Assembly (NCBI GenBank): GCA_963804165.1
Contig: CAWDPO010000043.1
Span: 96,001-160,000 of the forward strand
Source of the DNA: an uncultured delta proteobacterium
Lineage (GTDB): Bacteria; Desulfobacterota; Binatia; UBA9968
Length of the DNA stretch: 64,000 nucleotides
Direction: 5' to 3'
Position numbers and translations under genes: made by a program. Position 1 is the stretch's first letter; every line of letters begins with the position of its first letter. Of the stretch, positions 9,874 through 19,984 are shown piece by piece. The notes beneath the pieces were generated by a model. The model saw only the letters and a list, made by a program, of their open reading frames with translations. It was not told the origin of the DNA and did no database searches.

Positions 9874-10548
9874 ATGCGGGTTCTCGTCGTCGAAGACGAC
9901 AAAAAAATAGCATCGTTTATGGTGAAGGGGCTTAAGGAAGCCGGGTTCGCCGTGGACCGCGCCGATAACGGGGAGGACGGACTGCACATGGCTCTCAGCG
10001 CTCCCTACGACGCGGCTGTGGTGGACATTATGCTACCAAGGCTTGACGGGTTGAGCCTTATCGAACGATTGCGGACGGAAAAGGTTCACACGCCGGTGCT
10101 GATCCTAAGCGCCAAGCGCTCGGTCGACGACCGCGTCAGAGGGCTTCAAACCGGCGGCGACGACTATCTGACTAAACCGTTTTCCTTTACCGAACTTCTA
10201 GCGCGCGTGCAGGCCCTAATCCGCCGGGCGAACCATGAGACTGAGTCAACGCGGCTTGAAGCGGGCGATCTCTCGATGGACTTGCTTCGGCGTGAGGTTT
10301 TACGCGCCGGAAGGGTTCTTGATCTGCAGCCGCGCGAATTTGCCTTGTTGGAGTATATGATGCGTAACGTCAGCCGAGTGGTATCGAAGACGATGATTAT
10401 CGAGCACGTCTGGGGATACGACTTCGATCCGTTGACCAACGTTGTCGACGTGCTGGTTTCCCGACTGCGTAGCAAGGTGGACCGTGACTTCGACAAAAAG
10501 CTGATTCATACCTATCGCGGAGCCGGTTATGCCCTTAAAATTTCCTAA
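9874..10548 (+). CDS. OmpR-family response regulator (CusR/CopR-like)
   Basis: Receiver (VVEDD, DIMLP, DDYLTKPF) plus winged helix (NVVDVLVSRLRSKVD, YRGAGY). Confidence 0.93.
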   Translation: MRVLVVEDDKKIASFMVKGLKEAGFAVDRADNGEDGLHMALSAPYDAAVVDIMLPRLDGLSLIERLRTEKVHTPVLILSAKRSVDDRVRGLQTGGDDYLTKPFSFTELLARVQALIRRANHETESTRLEAGDLSMDLLRREVLRAGRVLDLQPREFALLEYMMRNVSRVVSKTMIIEHVWGYDFDPLTNVVDVLVSRLRSKVDRDFDKKLIHTYRGAGYALKIS

Positions 10549-11923
10549 ACACTTTCATAAGAAACTCGGCGTCCGGCTCACACTCTGGTACTCGGGTCTC
10601 TTTATTTTGAGCTCTTTAACGTTCTCCATCGTTACTTACCTGTTCGTCTTTTCGACGGTGAGAGACAACCGGCACGCGATACAAGCTACGCTGTCACAGT
10701 ATCGGCCAAAAGTGGAGGAGGGTGGCCTAGAGGCGCTTGCCGCGTTGACGCGCCAACAGCGCAAACCGAGCCGGCACAGCTCGTTCTTCATTCGCCTTGT
10801 TGGACGGCATAAAGAGACGCTGTATTTGAGCAATCCGCAACTCTGGGAGAAATTCAACTTTGCTTCTCCTTCGAGCTCGGCTTTCGAAGAGCAATGGCAT
10901 TATTACACTTCCAAACGGGACGGTTCCTTGTTGGAAGTCACTTCGGCTCCTCTTTCAAACGGCAATGTCTTTCAGGTGGGTAAAAGTATTACGGATCGTG
11001 AGGAAGTGCTGGAGCGTGTTGGCGAGACTTTACTGGCGACCATGATTCCGATGATCGTGATCGGTTTGGTAGGCGGTGCGTTCCTGGCCTCTCGCGCCCT
11101 GCGGCCGATTCGCAATTTGAGCCTGGTCGCGCGCTCCATTGTCGACACTAGCCGATTCGACGCTCGAGTGCCGGATGATCAATCCCGAGGTGAGCTCAAT
11201 GATCTCGTCGTTTTGTTTAATCAGATGTTGTCAAAGATCGAAACCTTGATCGAAGGCATGAAGAGCGCTTTGGACAATGTCGCACATGATTTACGCACGC
11301 CCATCACGCGGGTGCGAATCGTGGCAGAGGAGGCGCTTGCCGGCGACGACGCTGCGCGGTGCGAGGCGCTTGCCGATTGCTTGGAAGAGACCGAACGACT
11401 GACGACGATGCTCGATACGCTGATGGATATTTCGGAAGCCGAGACCGGCGCAATGAAGCTGACGATGGAGAATGTCGATCTTTCCGCATTGATCGATGAA
11501 GTCGTAGAACTCTATGATTTTGTCGCTGAAGACAAGGGCGTTATGGTTTGCGTGAACTCAGCCCGCGGCTGCTATTTGCCGGCCGACCGATCGAGGTTAC
11601 GTCAGGTCATCGCCAATCTTGTCGACAATGCCATCAAGTATACCCCGCGCGGTGGACGTGTCGAAATTGAAAGTCTGCAAGAAGACCACCAAGCTGTGCT
11701 GCTCGTGCGGGATACCGGCGTCGGCATCCCGCCGGATGAAGTGACACGAATCTGGGATCGTCTCTACCGCGGCGACAAAAGCCGCTCGCAACGAGGGCTG
11801 GGTCTTGGATTAAGTCTTGTAAAGGCGGTCATTCAAGCTCACCATGGCCGGGTCGAAGTCTCCACCAATTCGAGCGGCGGCTCTCGCTTCTCGCTCTATC
11901 TGCCGCTATCGCCAGCGGTTTAA
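10529..11923 (+). CDS. Membrane sensor histidine kinase (HAMP-HisKA-HATPase)
   Basis: Two TMs; VAHDLRTP, NLVDNAIKY, DTGVGI and GLGLGL motifs. Confidence 0.93.
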   Translation: MPLKFPKHFHKKLGVRLTLWYSGLFILSSLTFSIVTYLFVFSTVRDNRHAIQATLSQYRPKVEEGGLEALAALTRQQRKPSRHSSFFIRLVGRHKETLYLSNPQLWEKFNFASPSSSAFEEQWHYYTSKRDGSLLEVTSAPLSNGNVFQVGKSITDREEVLERVGETLLATMIPMIVIGLVGGAFLASRALRPIRNLSLVARSIVDTSRFDARVPDDQSRGELNDLVVLFNQMLSKIETLIEGMKSALDNVAHDLRTPITRVRIVAEEALAGDDAARCEALADCLEETERLTTMLDTLMDISEAETGAMKLTMENVDLSALIDEVVELYDFVAEDKGVMVCVNSARGCYLPADRSRLRQVIANLVDNAIKYTPRGGRVEIESLQEDHQAVLLVRDTGVGIPPDEVTRIWDRLYRGDKSRSQRGLGLGLSLVKAVIQAHHGRVEVSTNSSGGSRFSLYLPLSPAV

Positions 11924-11928
11924 TCGTC

Positions 11929-11948
11929 AACCTTTCAAGAATGTAATC
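11929..11948 (+). promoter_or_regulatory. cop-box/CusR-box-like site
   Basis: AACCTTTCAAGAATGTAATC resembles the CopR/CusR-type operator (as I recall it) and lies upstream of the ArnT-like operon. Confidence 0.5.
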
Positions 11949-12036
11949 TCGCGGAAAGCTCCCAGCAACGCTTTTGCGTTACTTCGCGGCGGGTGCAGCG
12001 TAAGATTTTATCGATGCACCTTTCGGTCGCGGAGAT

Positions 12037-13857
12037 TTGTGTGTGAGAGGAGCGGACGAAACAAAAATAGCGTTTCGTTACGGGTCGAATGGCGCTGAGA
12101 CTCTTCTCTCGCGTGTTTGGAACCGGGGCGTTACTACCGTCTCAGTCCCCGATAACATCCCTAATCCGACGAGCTATTGGATCATCGGTTTAATTGTTTT
12201 TTGTCTGTGCGTCCTATTTTGCCACTTGGGAACCGCTGTCCTGTTCGAACCCGATGAGGGAAGAAACGCCGAAATCGCCAGAGAGATTCTATTACTCCAG
12301 GACTGGGTGACGCCGCACTACGACTTCATCCCGCGCCTCGACAAGCCGATCAGCTATTTTTGGCTGGTGGCTCTGTCGTTTCGCATCTTTGGTTCCTCGG
12401 AATGGTCAGCGCGCCTTCCGTCCGCCTTGGCGGCGTTCGCTTGTCTGTCCGTTACCTATGCCCTCGCTCGCGCGATGTTTGGCCGTTGGGCCGCGCTCTG
12501 GAGCGCTCTCGTCCTGCTGACCAGCATCGAGTTTTTTGCCCTTTCCCGCATCGTGATTTTGGACATGCTGCTCACGTTTTTCTTCTCGCTCGCACTCTGC
12601 GCTTTCTTCCTGGGACAGCGCGAAGTCGTAGCCGGCAAAAGCAAGCTCTATTTTTCACTAATGTATGTTGCGCTTGGCGCGGCGACTCTCGTCAAAGGGC
12701 CGATCGGTTTCCTTCTCCCAACAGCGGTAATTTTTTTCTATCTATTGCTTACAAAACGATGGGCGCTTTTAGGTAAACTAAATTTGCCTTTGGGGATAGC
12801 ACTCTTCGTGCTTACGGCCGCGCCCTGGTATCTGATGGCTGAATCCCGCAATCCGGGATATCTCCGTCATTTCTTCTGGGAAGAAAACCTCGCCCGTTTT
12901 GCAACCACGCGCTTCAACCGTAATCAGCCGTGGTATTTTTTTCTTTTGATTTTGTCCGCTGGATTTTTTCCCTGGACCGCGCTTTTGCCGGGGGCATTGG
13001 TCGACTTCCGCAAGCGTCAGTTCGACGACAAGCGATTGTTTCTTCTCTTATGGGCGGGGTTGCCGCTCATTTTTTTTTCGCTGTCATTATCCAAGTTGCC
13101 TCACTACATTCTGCCCATCTACCCGCCGTTGGCGATCATTGTTGGCGCAAGGGTTGCCGGCATGTTCGCAGACTCCACGCCAACTCTGCGATGGCTGCCG
13201 GTGTTTCCGGCAGTTGTATTTTTTATCTTGTTCTTTGTCATAACGATGGTAGCTCTCCGGCCTGATTTCTTGCCCGTTGATCTTCAGGCCTATGTTCACG
13301 CGGCTTTCCCGGAACCGCCCGTCTCCCTGGTTGCGGCTCTGATCGCCCTTTCGATACTCACTTTATTGGCGACGCGGTGGCGATATTTGCGACAACCAGT
13401 TGGCCTCTATTCAGTTACGGCTTTGAGCTTTACGCTGTTTGTCCTAGCATCCGCGCCGATTACCGCCGCGGTGGCGACGAATCGTTCTTCCGAGCAGCTG
13501 GCTCAAAAAGCGGCGCGCCTAGTCGGAGCGGAAGATCAGTTCGTTCTCTATGATGGTTATTTCTCCAGTCTGCCATTTTATCTCGATATCCAGAAACCAA
13601 TCTGGGTGGTTTGGTCGGGTAAAAAGAGCAGCGTCTTAGGTAGCGATTATGTGGCGCTGAAACGGCCCGAGCCTGCGCGGGGATACGGCAAGCTATTGTA
13701 CAGCTATGAAGAATTTGTGGAGCAGTGGAAAGCGTCGAATGATTCACTCGTCGTATTTGTAAGAAGCAGTAACCTGCCTCGGTTGGAGAAACTACTTGGA
13801 ACATCGGCAAAGATACTTATCCAGGTGGGCGACACTGCTCTGGTGAAAATCAAATGA
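12037..13857 (+). CDS. ArnT/PMT_2-like (GT39/GT83) membrane glycosyltransferase 1; true start probably further downstream
   Basis: EPDEGRNAEIARE, RLDKP, SARLPS, LVKGPIG and SKLPHYILP motifs; many TMs. Confidence 0.88.
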   Translation: MCVRGADETKIAFRYGSNGAETLLSRVWNRGVTTVSVPDNIPNPTSYWIIGLIVFCLCVLFCHLGTAVLFEPDEGRNAEIAREILLLQDWVTPHYDFIPRLDKPISYFWLVALSFRIFGSSEWSARLPSALAAFACLSVTYALARAMFGRWAALWSALVLLTSIEFFALSRIVILDMLLTFFFSLALCAFFLGQREVVAGKSKLYFSLMYVALGAATLVKGPIGFLLPTAVIFFYLLLTKRWALLGKLNLPLGIALFVLTAAPWYLMAESRNPGYLRHFFWEENLARFATTRFNRNQPWYFFLLILSAGFFPWTALLPGALVDFRKRQFDDKRLFLLLWAGLPLIFFSLSLSKLPHYILPIYPPLAIIVGARVAGMFADSTPTLRWLPVFPAVVFFILFFVITMVALRPDFLPVDLQAYVHAAFPEPPVSLVAALIALSILTLLATRWRYLRQPVGLYSVTALSFTLFVLASAPITAAVATNRSSEQLAQKAARLVGAEDQFVLYDGYFSSLPFYLDIQKPIWVVWSGKKSSVLGSDYVALKRPEPARGYGKLLYSYEEFVEQWKASNDSLVVFVRSSNLPRLEKLLGTSAKILIQVGDTALVKIK

Positions 13858-13873
13858 GGCAAGCTCAAGCGCA

Positions 13874-15343
13874 ATGATGGCTCTAGATCGGTGCGACGGG
13901 CTGTTTTTCATGGTGATGTTCTTTGCACTGCTCGGGAGGCTTCTACTGTCCCCGCCCATCTGGCATCACGGCGAGGCGCGCGAAGGTCTCGTGGTGCAGG
14001 GCATTCTACGCAACCACGAATGGATCTTGCCGTTGCGCAACGGGGAGTTGCCATCGAAACCGCCGTTCTTCCACTGGCTGGCGGCGTTACCCGCGTTTGT
14101 CTTTGGACCAATCGATTTAATCGTTCGCCTGCCATCGGTCATGGGCGCCGTGATTATGGCGGCGGCGACTTTTTTTATGGGTGGAGAAATGGGCGGGCGG
14201 AGGACCGGGTGGCTCGCCGCCGGGGCGCTTTTGGGAATGCAAGAATTCTGGGTCTCAGGGACTCAGGCGCGCGTCGACATGGTCTTCGCTGCTTGTGTTG
14301 CGGTGGCCCTCGCCGGATTCTTTTTCTGGTATCGCGACGGTCACCGAGTCGCGCGCGCGGCTTGTTATATTGCTTCAGCCTGCGCGGTGCTCTCTAAAGG
14401 GCCGGTGGGAATAATTCTTCCCGCCGCGACGATTGTTGGCTTCCTGGCGGTGGAAGGACAGCTTCGATCTCTGTGGAGCCCCTGGTCTTGGCCGCTCATG
14501 GTAGTACTACTTCTGCTGGACCTCGGTTGGTACGCATTGGCCTATGACAGTGGGGGAAACGAATTTTTCAAACTACAGATAGCATTTGAGAATCTTGACA
14601 GATTTTTCGGTCATGGCCATTTTTCCACGGAAAACACGTCTCTCAATACATTGACTTGGTTGGCCAATCAGACGCTGCCTTGGAACCTGGTCTTGATCTG
14701 GTCCTTTATACGGCGGATACGGGGCACGCGCGAGGATTGGGCCGGCCATTTTCTTCACGCATGGTGGATTTCAATTTTCCTTGTTTTTCTGTTAGCCGCG
14801 CGTTCGGGGGCGGTTTATTTGCTTCCCCTGTATCCGGCTATCGCGCTGCTGGCGGCCAGAGCGATCAACGACGAAATTCCTGTTTTTGCGGAACGATCCC
14901 CTATTGAGCCTATTGAAAAGGCTCGGCTGCTTTGGTGGCGGCAGAGAAAAATCGTAAAACGAATTGGCATCGGCATCGCGATCTTTGATCTGACGCTCAT
15001 GTTGCTGGTCACGCCGACTTATTGGAGCAATCGGAACACGCGGAACGCCAGGCTCGCATTCATCGAAGATATCCGCACGATCGTTGCAACTCGCAAACAA
15101 CTTTTCTCTGCTCCCGAATTACAATACGAGACGATGGTGATCGCTTATCGATTGGGGCGGGAAATCATCCGCAAACCACTCATCTGTGCAGTCCGTGATG
15201 ACTATTTTTTTCTTCGATCTGGTTCGACGAATATTTTTAGAGTCGAAACACAAGTTCTCGCGTCGTCAAAAAGTGATGAAATCTCCCTTGTCACAGTGAT
15301 CTCCGAAACACCCGTTCGGCAGGACTTCGCATGCATCAGGTAA
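13874..15343 (+). CDS. ArnT-like glycosyltransferase 2
   Basis: GEARE, SKPPFFHW, RLPS, ARVDM, SKGPVG and YLLPLYP motifs. Confidence 0.87.
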   Translation: MMALDRCDGLFFMVMFFALLGRLLLSPPIWHHGEAREGLVVQGILRNHEWILPLRNGELPSKPPFFHWLAALPAFVFGPIDLIVRLPSVMGAVIMAAATFFMGGEMGGRRTGWLAAGALLGMQEFWVSGTQARVDMVFAACVAVALAGFFFWYRDGHRVARAACYIASACAVLSKGPVGIILPAATIVGFLAVEGQLRSLWSPWSWPLMVVLLLLDLGWYALAYDSGGNEFFKLQIAFENLDRFFGHGHFSTENTSLNTLTWLANQTLPWNLVLIWSFIRRIRGTREDWAGHFLHAWWISIFLVFLLAARSGAVYLLPLYPAIALLAARAINDEIPVFAERSPIEPIEKARLLWWRQRKIVKRIGIGIAIFDLTLMLLVTPTYWSNRNTRNARLAFIEDIRTIVATRKQLFSAPELQYETMVIAYRLGREIIRKPLICAVRDDYFFLRSGSTNIFRVETQVLASSKSDEISLVTVISETPVRQDFACIR

Positions 15344-17109
15344 TCGCCATTGCGGACGCTCACCGACGGAGACCGTTCATACGCAATCTCACGGATTCGA
15401 CTCGCGTGTTTTTGTTGTCGGAGACTGCGTCGATCTTCCACGTCATTTTTCTTCTTGCGTTGTGCGGGGCGCTTTATTTCCCCTACCTCAGCTCGAATCC
15501 TTTCTTTGACAAGGGCGAGCCGCGCGAGGCGCTGGCAGTGCAGGATATCGTTCAACGCGGCGAGTGGTTGGTGCCGCTCAAGCGCGCCACCGATATTCCA
15601 TCCAAACCGCCATTGTTTCACTGGTCAGCCGCAGTGGTTTCGCGGTTGACTGGTTCGCTGACGGAGGCGACCATCCGCTTTCCGTCTGCGCTCTATGCGA
15701 CGCTGGGTGTCTTGCTTCTTTTTGTTCTCGGCCAACGGATTTTCGACGTCAAAACCGCGCTGCTCGGCGCTGCGATTCTTGCGACTATGATGGTTTATCA
15801 GGACCAGGCCTTGAGCGCGCGGGTCGATATGGCTTTGTGTTTTTTCGTCACCGTGGAGTTGGCGCTTTTCTATTTGCTCTATCGTAGCTGTTTGACCGGC
15901 TCTCTTTGGCTCTACGCTTTTTACGTGCTCGTCGGTGTTGGGACTTTGGCCAAAGGGCCATTGGGTCTGGTGCTGCCGATATTAGTTTACGGTTCGTTCA
16001 CGCTTTTAGGGCGACGCTGGGACATCGTCAAGAAATTCTGTTTTCATCCGGGCGTTTTCTTGGCCTTGGTCCTCGCGTCGGGTTGGTACGTCATAGCGGT
16101 AACCCGCGGCGGTGAGGGTTTTTTCGATCGCCAGATTTTGCAGGAAAACCTGAGCCGCTTCGCCGGCGGCTCCGGACATAGCCATCCCATTTACTACTAT
16201 ATTCCCTATTTGTTATCGCAGAGCTTACCTTGGGGACTGTTTCTTCCTGTGCTGCTATGGGATGCATTCAGAACCGGATTCCGCTCGAATGAGGGAACGC
16301 TCTTTCTGAAGCTTTGGTTCTTGCTCATGTTCGTTTTCTTCTCTGTGTCCGCCGGCAAGCGTCCGGTTTATCTGTTGCCACTTTACCCTGCATTAGCGCT
16401 GCTCTTGGCGGCGTGGTTTTACGATGCTAGCGCGGCACGTGGCGCGCGACTCCTGATCTATCGTGCTATCGCGCTGTTTGCCGGCTTTAGCGGCGCGCTG
16501 CTGTTGGTCATCACCCTCGGGGCGCTATGGAGTCACGACCAGGGCTGGTTTTTCGCGCCCATCGCGCAACTGCTCAAACCGAAGGACCGGGCCAATCTGA
16601 TGGCAGTGAGAAATCAATTGGAGAATTTCGGCTGGGTTTTCACGGCGGTCGCTTTAATGGCATCCGCACTGTGGTTCTCGTTGGCCCGCTCCCTCTGGCG
16701 CGCGAGAATGCGTTCCGTCGCCTATCAGCTCGTGATGGTGTCGCTGCTGCACGGCTTTGTCATTTGGTCCGTGGTCATGCCGGTGATCGCCCAGGCGAAG
16801 AGCTATCGGGGCTTCATGACTCTGGTGAACCGAGAGGTTAGTTCGGCCGACAAACTCTATCTCTACGGTAGCTTCAACAGCGATCCAGTAGTGTTTTATC
16901 GCGGTGCCGTAATCAAGGAACTTCATCGACCCGCGGAGTCGGTCGCGGCCATGATTGGTAAAGGCGATGACTACCTGATCATGCCCCGCCAAAGGTGGGA
17001 GGAAATACAGCAGATGACCAGCACTTTATCTGCGCCTCTCTTACAGAGCGAGGGACGAGGCCCAGAGGGGGATGCCCCGCTGGTGTTAGTGAAAGCCGCC
17101 GTTACATAG
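15331..17109 (+). CDS. ArnT-like glycosyltransferase 3
   Basis: GEPRE, SKPPLFHW, ARVDM, LAKGPLG and GKRPVYLLPLYP motifs. Confidence 0.88.
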   Translation: MHQVIAIADAHRRRPFIRNLTDSTRVFLLSETASIFHVIFLLALCGALYFPYLSSNPFFDKGEPREALAVQDIVQRGEWLVPLKRATDIPSKPPLFHWSAAVVSRLTGSLTEATIRFPSALYATLGVLLLFVLGQRIFDVKTALLGAAILATMMVYQDQALSARVDMALCFFVTVELALFYLLYRSCLTGSLWLYAFYVLVGVGTLAKGPLGLVLPILVYGSFTLLGRRWDIVKKFCFHPGVFLALVLASGWYVIAVTRGGEGFFDRQILQENLSRFAGGSGHSHPIYYYIPYLLSQSLPWGLFLPVLLWDAFRTGFRSNEGTLFLKLWFLLMFVFFSVSAGKRPVYLLPLYPALALLLAAWFYDASAARGARLLIYRAIALFAGFSGALLLVITLGALWSHDQGWFFAPIAQLLKPKDRANLMAVRNQLENFGWVFTAVALMASALWFSLARSLWRARMRSVAYQLVMVSLLHGFVIWSVVMPVIAQAKSYRGFMTLVNREVSSADKLYLYGSFNSDPVVFYRGAVIKELHRPAESVAAMIGKGDDYLIMPRQRWEEIQQMTSTLSAPLLQSEGRGPEGDAPLVLVKAAVT

Positions 17110-17354
17110 CGAATTATCGCTCTTTGTGCGACGCAAGGGTGGGATTGGTGTCCATAGCACTTTTGGCACTTTCCACGGCAGGAAACACGCGAAGCATTTT
17201 GAAGTCGCCGCGTCCCGGACCGCGAACGAAGAACGAGGGACCGCCGCCATATAGAGTTGAGCGGCCAACCCTGCAACTGAAGTTGCGTGCATAAGCAATA
17301 TAGTTGCGATTCATGTTGGACAGCGGTCGGATCGTAATTGTCGTTTCGAGAGTA

Positions 17355-18117
17355 ATGGATCGTTCATTGGCAACTTCTGAATTTGTCTTCGCTGCCCGGC
17401 GTTTCCGCCGATACTTCCCGCTGCTCGCGGCCGTAATCATCATTGCCGCACTTAGACCAGGATCATGGCAAGACGAGTTTTTGAATAGTCTGACCACTTG
17501 GATCGGCATTGTATTCTGTGCCGTTGGGCAAGGATGGCGCTTATGGACATGGGGAAGCAATGCTAATGCGGGTAAACGCGCAGTTCGCAGTCGCGGACCC
17601 TATGCTCTGATGCGTCATCCGCTTTATGCCGGGAATTTTTTAATCATCGTGGGAGTCGCGGTGAGCTTCAACAATCCTTGGGCTTATCTACTCTTGCTAG
17701 TTCCGTTTGCATACCTTTATCATCTCATCACCAACTTTGATGAACGACGGATGAGCGAACGTCTTGGCGCTGACTATGAGTTCTATAGACGAGAAAATCT
17801 GTGGCGATTCGTGCCACAATTTAGAAAACTGAGGCGAGCAATGCATACAACAACGCCGTTCAATTTTCGGTACGCATGGCGCAAGGAATACAAACTCCAT
17901 CTGCGCCTGGTTGGCAGGTGTCTCATCGCTCGCTATATATCGTGACGCCATGACTTACGGCTGGAAGCAGGCATGGTATCGGAACCCGGTTTCGTTGGGG
18001 ATCACTGGGTTTTGTGGTGCCATTGCGATTCTACTGAATGTGTGGGACCGCATCGTTCGACAGAACGACCCCACGGGCAAGACATTAAAATTCCTGCGGA
18101 GGACAAATGAAAAATAG
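17355..18117 (+). CDS. ICMT/PEMT-family membrane methyltransferase (LmtA-like), frameshift near 17895
   Basis: GPYALMRHPLYAGN motif and FVPQF...WRKEY. C-terminal TMs continue in the 17911-18117 frame. Confidence 0.75.
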
Positions 18118-18489
18118 GCATATGATTTTAGCGTTGACATGTGTTCCGCCCGCGTTCCAATGAATTTCTGACGCCGGCCGGACAACAATTTCATCAATTT
18201 CCCCAGCCGTCAATTCCTCTAGGCGCGAAACGATCTCGATTTATATCTTCGAAATCATCAGTAGGATGGCGAGATTCACCAGAGCTGCGTCGGCGGCGTT
18301 TTTTTCAGCCGACTCCGCCCGCACGAAGACCGCGTGAGTGCTGCGATCGCTGCACAAATTGGTCGACTTATAAATCTTGATTTGCCGTTCTTAGCTTGGA
18401 TTCCGTCGGTAGCAGTGAATCTGTCGACGACACAACCGAGCTCGAAGCGGACTTGCAATAACGTGAGCAGGGGTTAACTGACAGCCGAT

Positions 18490-19842
18490 TTAGTCATTAA
18501 TGCCAAGCTTTTCGAGCTTGCGGTATAGCGTCGACAGACTCAACCCGAGCAGCTCGGCTGCGCGTATTTTGTCGCCGCCGGTTTTTCCGATGGTGCGCTC
18601 GATATGAGCTTTCTCGTAAAGCTCAACCGCTCTGGTAAGATTGTCTTCAGCGCCGAATTCGTCAGTGCCGTTCTGCTGACCAGGTAAATCCGCCGGCTTG
18701 ATCCATTCACCATCGCCGAGAATCATCGCTCGCTCTAAAACGTTATCCAGCTCGCGGATGTTTCCCTTCCACGGAAGCGACATGAGGATCCGCATGGTCG
18801 CGCTGTCGACGCCTTTGTAATTTGTCTTCATCTCCGCATTATGCCGATGAATAAGATGCTCCACTAGCCCAGGGAGGTCATCGAGTCGCTTGCGTAGAGG
18901 TGGAATGTTGATCTCAAATACGTTTAGACGATAAAATAAATCCTCGCGGAAACGCCCCGCTTCGACTTCGCTCTTGAGATCGCGGTTGGACGCCGCGAGA
19001 ATACGTACATTCACCTTGACCGGGGTCGTGGCTCCCACCGGCAATACGGTTTTCTCTTCGAGCACGCGCAGAAGTTTGGGCTGCAAACTCAACGGCATCT
19101 CGCCGATTTCATCGAGGAAGATCGTGCCACCCCGCGCCCTTTGAAACAATCCTTCTTGAGAACCGACTGCCCCGGTAAAAGAGCCCTTCATATGGCCGAA
19201 GAGCTGGCTCTCCAATAAGTTGTCGGGGATCGCGCTGCAGTTGACGGGCAGAAACACATTATCTTTACCGAGACTGCCGGCGTGAATAGTTCGGGCCACA
19301 ACTTCTTTTCCCACACCACTCTCGCCACTGATGAGCACTGTGGTCGGCGTCGGCGCGACCTTCCTTACCATGTTAACGATTTCTTGCATCGCGGCGCTGC
19401 GTCCGAGCGGTCGATCCGGGCTGAAATAGCTATTAATTTCTCGGCGTAGTAACTGATTCTCCCACGCCAATTTTCTATGCTCCACCAATTGCTGAACCTT
19501 CCGAAGAACCTCAGCAAAGAGAAGCGGCTTGAGCAAGTAATCTTGCGCCCCCAAGCGGATCGCCTCAATGGCCGTCTCGACGGTGGCGTGGGCTGACATG
19601 ATCATCACCAAAGTTTGCGGTGAGACGTCACGCACATGCTTCATCACAGCGATTCCGTTTGCGCCGGGCATCATCAGATCCGTGAGAACTAAATCGAGAT
19701 CGAGCTTGTCGATCAGGGAAATCGCAGCCTTTCCGTCGGCCGCCTCGTGAACCTCATATCCTTCACCCCTTAAAAGCTCGACCAAGCTTTCGCGCGCACT
19801 TTCCTGATCTTCCGCGACTAATATGGACCCATTCGAATTCAT
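18490..19842 (-). CDS. Sigma-54-dependent two-component response regulator (NtrC/AtoC family)
   Basis: Receiver (LTDLMMP), Walker A GESGVGKE, GSFTGA, FLDEIGE, RFREDLFYRL and a Fis HTH (AAELLGLSLSTLYRKL). Confidence 0.95.
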   Translation of the reverse strand: MNSNGSILVAEDQESARESLVELLRGEGYEVHEAADGKAAISLIDKLDLDLVLTDLMMPGANGIAVMKHVRDVSPQTLVMIMSAHATVETAIEAIRLGAQDYLLKPLLFAEVLRKVQQLVEHRKLAWENQLLRREINSYFSPDRPLGRSAAMQEIVNMVRKVAPTPTTVLISGESGVGKEVVARTIHAGSLGKDNVFLPVNCSAIPDNLLESQLFGHMKGSFTGAVGSQEGLFQRARGGTIFLDEIGEMPLSLQPKLLRVLEEKTVLPVGATTPVKVNVRILAASNRDLKSEVEAGRFREDLFYRLNVFEINIPPLRKRLDDLPGLVEHLIHRHNAEMKTNYKGVDSATMRILMSLPWKGNIRELDNVLERAMILGDGEWIKPADLPGQQNGTDEFGAEDNLTRAVELYEKAHIERTIGKTGGDKIRAAELLGLSLSTLYRKLEKLGIND

Positions 19843-19855
19843 TTATGCGTACCTA

Positions 19856-19902
19856 TTCCCAAGAATGCGAAAAGGGATTATCGGCCTTGCCAAATGTGCA
19901 AA
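19856..19902. promoter_or_regulatory. Paired palindromic sites immediately upstream of the regulator gene (possible autoregulation)
   Basis: TTCCCA-AGAA-TGCGAA (19856) and TTGCCA-AATG-TGCAAA (19887), 31 bp apart. Confidence 0.65.
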
Positions 19903-19984
19903 TCCACAACCCAATTCTATAGAAAATCATTTCATTTTCTATCGTTGAGCAATTATAAGGCCAGGAGCTAAGTTGTATTCCGAG

